Source: Mytilus californianus
Lineage: Eukaryota
Assembly (NCBI RefSeq): GCF_021869535.1
Contig: NW_026262690.1
Location: forward strand, 82,770,001 to 82,834,000
Length of the DNA stretch: 64,000 nucleotides
Direction of reading: 5' to 3'
Part shown: positions 40,544-51,200 of the stretch, in pieces
Layout of the letters: each line of letters begins with the position of its first letter
Position numbering within the stretch: the first letter of the stretch is position 1
The notes under the pieces: generated by a model
The model's input: the letters and a program-made list of their open reading frames with translations, nothing else
Told to the model about the DNA's origin: nothing
Databases searched by the model: none
Program-made: the position numbers and the translations under genes

Positions 40544-43500
40544 TTTATTTAAAGAGGGTAACCCGGTTAGTTTTCATTAATCTTACTTGGGGCCCTCATT
40601 AAGTAAATGCAAACATGATATAGTATACATCTGTGGATAGTAAACTATCAATTGATATTAATATTACGGATTTTGGGGGTAGGTGGGGAGTGAGGGCGAA
40701 AAATCAGTGTCCTGGCCCAAGTACCTGTGCTGAGAGAAAGCAAAAGCATGGTAAGTGTTAATAACGTGCATTGTTGAACTCAAGACTGAATTTCAAATGA
40801 CATGTAAGCGATGTCTTGAAATGATACATTCATTTTGTTATGAATTATTCTTTTCGTCATACGTAACTTCGTTGTTAAACCTTTCTTTCTTTCTTAATCA
40901 AGATGTCTGGTATTATTATGACGTGTTGTTGCTGTCTCATTGTCGTATACCACACATCCTTTTGTTCATACTTTAACGTACATGTAGTACTATTTTGACA
41001 AGCTAGTAGTGATCTACTAAAATTTCGAAATTCACATAAGATATTTTTAATTGAGACGTATTATGGTTGCATTTCAACAACGAAAGGAACCATTGTATGT
41101 TGACAGAAACATCAAGCTAATAGCACTCATGCAAAGGTTTCACCAAAAAAAAACATACCCAGAAAATCAGTGATATCGAACATTTTTTTTTGTATTTGTT
41201 TTGTTTTAAGTATTTTGTTTAAAAAAAAATTGTTTTTTAAATACATTGACTTTATTATAAGTGTTCCTATCCACCCATTGCAGTTCAGCAATAACATTAT
41301 GGTACTTAAAACTTGTACTTAGATACAACAGAGTTGTCTTTTTTCTCACAAATACCGCGTGATACATACCAATCAGAATTTTAATGTATAAATAATTTTA
41401 ACAACACAAACACACTATTTAGTAGTATTATATAATAGTTTAACCGATTTGATTAAATTCCTATAAGTATAAGTTTAATATTATGTCATTATTTCATATC
41501 CAATAACAAATACATGAATACCTTTAGAGCTTCTGCAAAGCAGCGAGATTCTTCGTTTCCAAAACTGTTCCCTACATAACAATATAAAGGGTATAAGAAA
41601 AAAGAGTTGATATGTATAAGAAATCTGATAATGTCTTAGACATGTTTCAATGTGCGTTTCTTAAACATGCATCTTAAATAGTCAGTATGCGTGTGTGTAA
41701 ATTTCACATTCCACAATGTCTATATAAAAGTTTCTCTGGACTGTAAATGAGACGATAGAACCAAAAGTATGTTAGAAAAAAATGCAAGTAAATTGCTTAA
41801 ACTGAGACATCTTTCTAAAAAATAAATGAGATATGACAAATCTGAAGAACAAAATATAATATGGAAGATCAAAATATAATACTGAAGATCAAAATATAAT
41901 ACAGAAGATCAAAATATATTACGGAAGATCAAAATATAATACTGAAAATCAAAATATAATACGGAAGATCAAAATATAATACGGAAGATCAAAATATAAT
42001 ACGGAAGATCAAAATATAGTATCGAAGAACAAAATATAATTTTCCTACAGCATTAAGAGATTAAGAACAAAATATAGTTTACCTGTAGCATTAAGAGATT
42101 TCAGATTTGATTTGGAACTAAGTAACTGCTCAAGAAGTATGGCACCTTTACAACCTAGGTCGTTATAGGAAACATCCTGTGGAAAAAAATATAGAGCTCT
42201 GTGGTGTATTTTAAAAACAAAGCCATCGTTTGTCGTTCATTACGACACCTTATTATGGTGGTCGGATAAGGCCATTTTGCGTTTTCCCTTTCTCGCCTTT
42301 CATATTCTATAGGGCGAAAACGTGAAGTGGAAAACGCGAAAACGCGAAATGCCCTAATCCGGCCACCATACCTCATGGTAAAAGACTAACTACGGTGTTA
42401 TTTTAAATGAGTGACTTGCTTAATGACTTTTTACCTTACCACTGTGACAGATTAAGTTATAAAGCAGTACTAGTGTTTAAATAATTGCAAGGAATAATAT
42501 CAGGAATTTTCAAAGATAAAAAAATCTAAACTCTGCTGTTAATTAGAAACATAGATGATTTTTCTTCTGCTATTTTTTTTGCTTTGTACAATCTTTGTTT
42601 TGTAGTTGACAAATTTTGTAATGTCTAAAAAAAGACAAAGCATGTATGTAACCCCTTCAAACAAAGTCGACCGTACAATGTTTCGACTATTCCTTTTAGT
42701 CCCTTTTAATTATAGACCTTCATGTATTCATACGCCTTTGATTTTCAAAACGTTTGGATCCAAGCGTTCCTGAACGAGATAATTTAGATATGGACAATTT
42801 AGCACGTTTAACTTGCACACAGCAACTTACAATGTCAGTTCCTGAACGAGGCAAATCCATATGTGAACAATTTGGTATACGTTTTACTTGTACAACAACT
42901 TACAAGGTCAGTTATCGACACATTTTCCTCCAGCATTCTACTAAAATGCTTCAAGCCTTCTCCTCCAAGATTGTTCCCAGAAATATCTAATATAGTTATG
43001 GTGTTATTCATCTGAAAATTTAAAAAAAATGTTATGTAGAGTCTGATTTGTATTGCAGATGGTTTGGATTTTATACGTATAATTAAGACATGGCCCATGC
43101 CAAGCTTTAATAACATTAACGGTACCAATTTTTCTGCACCAGATGTGCATTTCGACAATAAATGTCTTTTCAGTGATGCTCGGGGCCAACATATATGAAA
43201 ATACAAAGTTTATCAAAAATATGAAGAGCTTATAAACCAAAAACGACAAAAAAAGTATAACCAAATTAGGGCAAGGAATCAGAGTTTTGCGCGAGGGAGA
43301 TATAAACCTACTATCAAACTATCTTATTTTGAAATTTATAAATACAGTTCAAGTAACAGTATTTTACAAATGTGTTATTATAATCTTGATGTATTCCTGT
43401 CCGGTTTATTTATTTGAATTATGCCCGCCTTTTGAAGTGACCACACAAAATAAAATAAACTATGCAATTTGTAAGAAATATTAAACATACCGTGAGAGAA

Positions 43501-43805
43501 TATGCTAAAGGTTGAATGTCGTGGCGTGTCAGTCTACCGTTGTTGATGGATAATTTGTCTGTTAGTAAATGTTTCAAAACACTATCACGTGGTGTGACTC
43601 CAAACTTTTTACAGGAATTATTGTACACCAGCACACTTGTTTCTGTTCCATCTTGAGTAGTTTCTGATGAAAACAAGAGAAACAATTATAGTTACATGTA
43701 GATTGTTATAGAGTAATGGTATGAAAAAAGTGTGGATTCTATTCAATATAACAATAAAAATTGTTATTAATTTTATTCTATAACATATTACTGTCGTTCC
43801 ATCCC

Positions 43806-43897
<92 letters not shown>

Positions 43898-44864
43898 GCC
43901 ATAGAAAAGAAAAATTACATTTCAGTTCACATTGTTTGTTACATATTATCTGGTTGAATTCATACTATGTACAACTGAAAAATAACTAAATAAACCTTGT
44001 TGCTCATCTTCGCTTTCTGACAAAGAAGCGTCCAAGTTAAAGTCTAGCCATAAGTCTGAGTTGGCTTTTGAAGCTTTACGGGTTATTCGTTCGTCGGTGG
44101 AATATTTGTGGTGGCGTCTGGTTGACTTAGGACTCTGTTGTCGTCGTTTTGTTCTTGCTCTTCCAATATGTTGTCTTTGGTGCGATCCTATCTTGTGGTG
44201 AATTGGCATACGTTCTCTATAATGAAAACTTTTTATGAAATATTCTGATGTTAGATGAGGTAGGAGGATTCTTCAAATAAATGACTCAAAATATATTTTG
44301 CAACTCGCAAAAATAAATAATCTTTCCGAAGAAAGCTTGCCAATAAATATCAAAACCCACAAAATGATTGAAATAGTAGTGCATGAAAACTTTAAATACA
44401 TATTCAAGCAATGAACGTCCAAATACATCCTATTTATGCACAATGATTGAAAAATCAAATGTTTGTGCCAAAAAAATATCTGCTGCCCTCCCCCTTTTAA
44501 ATGTTTTATGTCGCAATTAGTATACAACTTTTATTCTTTTTTACCTCTAACAAGTATGAACTTTTACCTTGTTTTGTTAGGTTGATATCTTCTTATGTAT
44601 CTTTTAATGGTCAAATCATTGTATTTGACACAAAACTGTTTTTGTAGGTGAACAATTACAAATATTTTAGTAACTTTGTAAGGTAAATCATAAACTAAAA
44701 GATAAAATACTTTAAGTACACGAAAGTGATATACTAAAGCAGATAGTCTTCTAATATAGAAATAAATCAATATCATAATTATTAACACTTTAGAACTATT
44801 AAAATACGTACAGATTTGGTATAAATTCAGGTTTTCTTAATAAGTTCCAGTCCTCATCAGCCAT
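37322..44864 (-). CDS. LRRC74: Leucine-rich repeat-containing protein 74-like (RI-type LRR), 12 exons, 440 aa. Exons: 44864-44812, 44216-43996, 43663-43491, 43011-42904, 42176-42083, 41571-41522, 40199-40118, 39666-39581, 39174-38980, 38496-38401, 37663-37551, 37373-37322
   Basis: All junctions are GT-AG, phases are consistent and the total is 1323 nt. LRR units: LDISGNNLGGEG, DVSYNDLGCKG, LILSDNNIQEQG, LDLSWNQLRLYG, LNVSWNGFADLG, LDLSSNRIGYEG, VNYNSITTRG. The N-terminal YNNSCKKFGVTP motif is typical of LRRC74. The last exon is the least certain. Confidence 0.88.
39270..39556 (-). mobile_element. Copy of the AGATGTGGTATGATTGCC family in an LRR gene intron
   Basis: Reverse complement is colinear with the 15770 copy. 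Confidence 0.8.
40474..40542. repeat. (AAT)23 microsatellite
   Basis: Perfect trinucleotide run. Confidence 0.99.
41842..42040. repeat. 20-bp minisatellite, ~10 copies
   Basis: Unit ACGGAAGATCAAAATATAAT. Confidence 0.95.
42254..42370. mobile_element. Palindromic mini-MITE (117 bp)
   Basis: TATGGTGGTCGGATAAGGCCATTTTGCGTTTTC pairs with GAAAACGCGAAATGCCCTAATCCGGCCACCATA; TA at both ends. Confidence 0.75.
43809..43894. repeat. (TC)43 microsatellite
   Basis: Perfect dinucleotide run in LRR intron 2. Confidence 0.99.
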
Positions 44865-45882
44865 TTTGTTTATATTTGTAGATTTCGAATACGATAGCTT
44901 AGATGTTTCATTGGTAGAACAATTTTAACATTTTTGTGTAATATTTATCCTATTTAAGAACGTCAATAGCGGGACTATGGCTATTGTAGAAGATTTTAGG
45001 AAGGTTTAAATTCAAATTATTTTGTCACATTGATATAAAGACATTTAAAATTTATCGAAGTAGAAAATTGTCATTCTCATAAAAAGAAAATTTGAAGGTT
45101 AAATTATTATTTTGATTGAAGGCATACAATTAAATCATATATGATATGATATTTTGATATAGTGAGACAATTTTTAATCATGAAATCATGAAAGCAAATC
45201 CATGAAATCGATACCATTACAATATGTTCCTGCAAGTTTATGTGCATTAATCTATAAATCCATTTTAATGCCTTTCTAAATGTACAAATAAGTGCATTTT
45301 GACGTTAATGAGTTAATTCAAAGTAAAGTCGTCTGCTTCTGTATTGAAAATAGATACGGAAATTAATACATCCGTAAACTGGTAAACCCTGCATGTGTTT
45401 TGTTTATTCGAATTTAATCCCTAAATTCTGTAATTTATAGTTTCAGGACATGCTAATCTTGATTTGATAATTAAAAAATGCAATTTCTCATGCCTAACCT
45501 AGAATGTTTACCCACTAATGGAGAGAGAGAGAGAGAAAGACTGAATGGGGCATATATTCCGTACTATTAGCTTTATTTACGTAACATGAAATTCTTTTCT
45601 GCCAACTCGGATATGTTATTGCGATTGTTGATTAAGGTATCAAGATGTGATATCGATAATCGTAAAATTGGAAGAAGTACCATAAACAAATACTAGTATG
45701 CTGTTAAATTGGAATGCGAGTTTTAATTATATCAATATTCATCCTATCGCATTTTTGTTCGCAATAATAAAGATACTGCATAATTTCTTAACATAACCTT
45801 GTGTTTCCTTGATTTTGACGGTTGTCTGTTGTCTTCATTGCTCTTCCATAGTGACTAGTGTACTATATGTACACATGCAAGT

Positions 45883-46235
45883 TTTGCTCACGTAAATTTC
45901 ACATTAATCTCAATTGAAATTCACGAGAAAAATTTCACGTGAAATTCACCTCAGACGAGCTTATACGTGAAACTTGTGTGAACATTTCACCGTTGGAATT
46001 TTGCGTGAATTGATGAATTGAAATTCACATGAATCACACGAAAAAATTTTCACGCGAATTTCACGTGAACTTTACCAAACAAATACGTATTTTTCATGAT
46101 TTTAATTACATTTGAAAATTAAGATGTAATTTGAATAACTTTATTTTGAAAATTCATGTGATTTTCGCGTGAAATTCCGACATGAGTTTCAGGTGAAATT
46201 CACGTGATTCACGCGAATCCCGATGAAATGTGTTT
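45883..46235. repeat. Self-similar TTCACGTGAA-type palindrome cluster (foldback-like element)
   Basis: Many TTCAC/GTGAA half-sites and three exact CACGTG. Confidence 0.6.
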
Positions 46236-46687
46236 ATGAAGGAGGAAGAGTACTTACTATACTAACTTTACACAGGGACATGTTTATGAGCTTGTCAATA
46301 GAAATGTTACTGTCTCTCTCAAATTTTGCTTTCCGCTTTCACTAGTTTAAAGTAGATATTTTGATTTTTCTAATTGATTATTTCACGATTTGTCCTAGAT
46401 ATGCACTTTTAAAGTGTTATTCATTCTTTGGTTTTCTGTGTTATGTGTTGCTATTGTTGTTCGTCTTATTTTTTACCATTGTGTTAGTCTTTTTTAATTG
46501 GATTTTTGATTTATTCTAGATCGCTCCCATAGTATCTTCCCTCTTTCTTTCTCTCTCCTTATATGAAGTTTTTTTTTTGTATCTATCTGTATTCATCCTA
46601 TTCATGCGAACTTTGCTGCTTTTGAATAATAATTATAAACAATAACTTATATTTTGACAAACTAAAATAAATAAATAAAAAACTAAA

Positions 46688-47391
46688 AACAACACGTTAT
46701 AAATTGTATGCGTTCGAAGCGCTTTTCTGGATTTGCTTTCATCAGGGACGCTCAAAGCCGAATATTTGACCATAAAGAACCTAAAAAAACCAAATCCATC
46801 TAAGGTCATCTTTGCCCGAGGGAGTTGAAACCTTAGTTTCGTTATAATTTCAAAATCTATAAACGGTCAATTTAAGAAAGGTTTGTTATAAATCATGTCA
46901 GTGCCGAAGTACTGACTTCTGAGCTGATGATACCCTCGGGGACTGATAGTCCACCAGCAGAGGTATCGACCCAGTGCTGTAATAAATAAAAACAACACGT
47001 TATAAATTGCATGCGTCCGAAGCACTTCTCTGGATTTTACTTCATCAGGAACGCTCAAAGCCAAATTTCTGAAAGCCAATGACGAATAAGAACCGAAACA
47101 ATTGAAGAGCTATATGAGCAACAAGGACATAAAAAAAAATAGACAAATCCATCTAAGGTCAGTTTTGCCTGAGGCAGTTGAAACCTTAGTTTCTTTATAA
47201 TTTCAAAATTTATTAACGGACAATTTTAGAAAGGTTTGTTAAAAATCATGTCAGTACCGAGGTACTGACTTCTGAGCTGATGATACCCTCGGGGACTGAT
47301 AGTCCACTAGCAGAAGTATCGACCCAGTGCTGTAAAAAACGGAAACAACACGCTATAAATTTCATGCGTCCGAAGCGCTTTTCTTGATTCA
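46688..47391 (-). repeat. Head-to-tail array (2.2 units, periods ~303 and ~353 bp) of an interspersed repeat family
   Basis: Units start AACAACACG at 46688, 46991 and 47344. Related sequence (CACTGGGTCGAT..CTGCTGGTGGA core and flanks) occurs at about 1320-1660, 2120-2190, 10950-11010, 18330-18505, 19400-19530, 26370-26800, 38560-38720 and 43095-43190. Confidence 0.85.
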
Positions 47392-48236
47392 TGTACATTT
47401 TTGTTCCTGGCACACGATTAAAACTGGCAATATATGTTTTAGCAAGACTGTATTTACATGCAATTCGCAGTTTGGTGTAAATGAAAGGTGATTTGGAATA
47501 TATTTTCAATGAGACAGCAATCAAACAATACATACAAATCAGGGAAGACGTCAAGGTGTTAGCTTTCATGTCAGAATCAAGTTGTGTTAGCTAATGCGCA
47601 TAAACAATAGGCTGTTTGGTCTTTAAAAGACGGTCTTCAAAAAAGACCAGTGTGTTTACCTTATGCCAAGCTCTAAACTGTCTCCAGTATAGACAAGTTT
47701 CAAAGGAATTGAAGAGACAACATAGATCATTATGCAACGTATTACGATCTGAATGATATGTCGGATTTGCATCGTGTAGTTATGTAACCGAAAAAGTCTC
47801 AAACTTGTATTGTGTTGTTATGTTCAGCAGTTCGTGTCGATCCGTCCTGTTCCATATGATTTTTTAAAAAAAGAACCGACTAATACCGTATTGTGTTGTA
47901 AAAACATATTGAAGACCTGTCAAGCTATTAAAAAGTATTATCCCTGTAGTGTCATATTATCTGATTTATTAACAGGGAAGTTGGATAATCGACTGCCCCA
48001 TCGTCTTTGATAACAGGAACAAACGGAAATAAAAATCCAATAAATAATAAGAAAACTTGTCTTAATTTCATTGTTAATCCATAACATGGGTTGTAAAGCG
48101 TCAAGAATTACTTCTGCTTTGTGTGTTTATATAGATTCACATGATGTTATTGTCTTCTATTAGAAATTTAACTGCTTCCCGCTCAAAAATTCATTCGTCT
48201 TTATAACAGACGACCAAGCAAGTTAACGCCAGAACA

Positions 48237-51200
48237 ATGTTGGTAGTGTTTGTATGGATTGCTTTATTTTCTGTAAGCCATGGTAAGGTTTCACGTTATT
48301 CCAAAAATCTTTATTTGCATATGAAGGAATTTATGTATTAGATATGTTCATATTTTTGATCATGCCCTTAAATCCATTCTATTATATACTTCAGAGGTAT
48401 GGGGAGGTTATAATGTTTCTTGTAATAAATTTCAATCCTCCTTATTCAATCTTGAATCTATTTATAAAAATCTTCACTGTGAGAAACTTCATCTCAAGTT
48501 CTCTAAATTTATACTTGTACACAAAAGGAGTGTAAATTTTGCTGTATTATCAGAACTGGGGAGTTTCCCCCTACATTATGATATTGTGAAGTCAATTGTT
48601 AAATACTGGTATAGATTTGAACATCTTCCGACTGAATTCAGTCTGTTGAAAGATGCTTATAAATGCTTATAAATGCAGACAAGAGCTTCACAAATCTAAC
48701 ATAACTTCTTCAATGTTCTCATTTGTTAAAAAAAATATTAGAAAGTTTTGAAATTAAACAAGAAGTAAAACATTTTGGACAATATAAATTTTTGAATATA
48801 TGTAGAAAATTAATTCACACTAAATATATTAAAATATCAAATATTCCACGAAATGAAAGAATTTGCAAAAAATACTCCTTTGGCTGTGGTGAAGATGAAA
48901 TTCATTTTTTAACTTCATGTGAAAATTTTAACTCTAATAGAGATATCTCGCTCTCTTTGACTTTGTTTGCCAAAAAAAATCCATTTTTTTCTATACTGGA
49001 AAATCAGCTTATATTCGTTTATTTATTAAGTTGTGAAAACAATCAGGTCCTTAATGTTGTTGTAAAGTTTATTAAAGTCAATATGAGTCAGATCTATTTA
49101 TTTTTCATGTAACTATATTATATACTATAGACCAAGGGCTTTATTACAGTTTAATTGTATTGTGATTGAGTATTTAAATTCTTTATACATGTATGCTCTA
49201 TATGCCCCTTATGGGCCCTTAATTGATAATAAAATATGTTCTTGTTCTTATACCACGGAAGGCATTGGCCCGATGGTATATATAAATCACACTATGATAT
49301 TATGGTAAATGCAAAATGATAGCTTTCAATAATTTCAAGTTAAGGGGGTCCATCAGGAATTTGACTTTATCTAAGGTAAAAGATGATCAATGCAGGATAC
49401 CCAACATCTTGGTGTAATAATTTTTTTTTTTTTTTGAGATCACGTAATTATGTGTCATATTTGTTTAATTAAGCTGAAATATTAATATTAAAGAGTAACA
49501 TTTTGCTAGAAGTCGGATATAATTGGAGGATTAACATAAATTATGTAATAAACCAACAATATTTTCTTTTCCGTACAACACATATTTTTTGAGACACACA
49601 TTACTATCTTGTTAACATGGAAATTTAACACTGATTAGACGAAATTGAAATGAAAAATGTTATCTCTTGTAAGCTTTGACACTCTCAGCTCCCTCTCCGT
49701 ATGAATAAATATAGAATAAGAATATTTGTTGTTCCAATTAAGGACCCTTGATGGGCAGTATGACATTTATACACACAAAAAAGTCACTATGATTTTGTAA
49801 ACAAAATATTTGTCTTTCGTTTGTTTTTAAGGAGGAACAAAAATACCCGAGACCACCAATCTCATTTTTAGTATGATAGAAGGGGGAATGAGCTGGAACG
49901 AGGCTTCAGTGGAATGCCAAACACGTGGTGGGCGTCTTCTTAATATATACGATGAAGTTCGAAAAATTGCAACCTCCGTTTATGTTAAATACATGAAAGA
50001 GGCCAGTGCTTTGTAAGTTTCTTGTACATATAATATATAGGATCAACAGTTTAATTATGGAGGTAATGGGCTTTCTTGTGAAGGTTATTAATTTTATATT
50101 GAAAGACTGGTAAAGGAAACTCTCTTTAAAGTCTGCTGATTTTTTAAAATTTATATAAATAAATATTTTTCATATTTTGATTACATTTGATAATCTGATG
50201 CCAAAACACCATGAAATTCAGAGCAAGAAACGACCGCAGAGGTCCAACCCTGAACAGTTGGGGGCGAAAATGGACACAATATTCGCGCTTGATACAGGTC
50301 TGAATTTGGATTGTAATTAAATATTTGACACATAATAGATTTCTGACACCGAATAACAGTAGTCAAAGAACTTAGAATTGGTTATATGATTTGAATTTAT
50401 ATTCAATTTTTTGCTTTTGTGCAATACATTATGCCGACAGCTGTTGCGAATTGACCCCCCCCCCCCCCCAAACAAACAAACAAAAAAATTACCCCCCCTT
50501 TTTTTTAGCTTTTGTGAAATATACTATGCTGTTGCGAATTGCCCCCCCCCCCCCCCCAAAAAAAAAAATAATATTTTTTTTACCCACCCCCTTTTTTTGC
50601 AAAAAAAAAAAATATTTGAAGAAATTTTCTTTTTAATTTCTGAAATCTGAAATGAAAAAAAAAAATGCACCCCACAATTTCTTTTTTACTCCACCCTCCC
50701 CCCCCCCCCCCCCCCCTTTTCCAAAAAAAAAATTCTTTCCCTCAAGATATGGTCATAATCTCAATTCAAATTTCCAATGGAGTTTGCAACCGTAATTACC
50801 AATTTAAATACATCATAAAAGTCTCAAATAAATATTTTAAAAGCAGTGTAAGGGAGGTAATCCAACATTGTACAATTTTGTTTTTGGATTACCTCCCTTA
50901 CACTGCTTTTAAATTGTCCATTAACCAGGAAACCTTTGTTTTTTCCCCTTTTTTGCCCCCAATTCCTTAACGGTTTGAGCCAAAACCCCCAAAGCCAATC
51001 CTAACCATCCCTTTGTGGTATGGAAACTTGTGGTATAATTTCAGAGAGATCCATACACTTTAACACAAGTTATTGTCTGGAAGTTACAAAAATGCTTATT
51101 TTTGGCCCCTAATTCCTTAACTGTTGGTACCATAACCCCCAAAATCAATCCCAACCTTTCTTTTGTTGTATTGAACCTTATGGTAAAATTTCATAGAGAT

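Noticed and set aside
40411-40602. Poly-Asn ORF
   Set aside because: Translation of the (AAT)23 microsatellite.
41842-42040. CRISPR-like array (20-bp repeat)
   Set aside because: No spacers; it is a simple minisatellite.
43618-43902. ORF with (RE)n tract
   Set aside because: Translation of the (TC)43 microsatellite; only 43663-43491 in another frame is exonic.
50391-50970. Poly-Pro/Lys ORFs
   Set aside because: They arise from C and A homopolymer runs inside a non-autonomous element.
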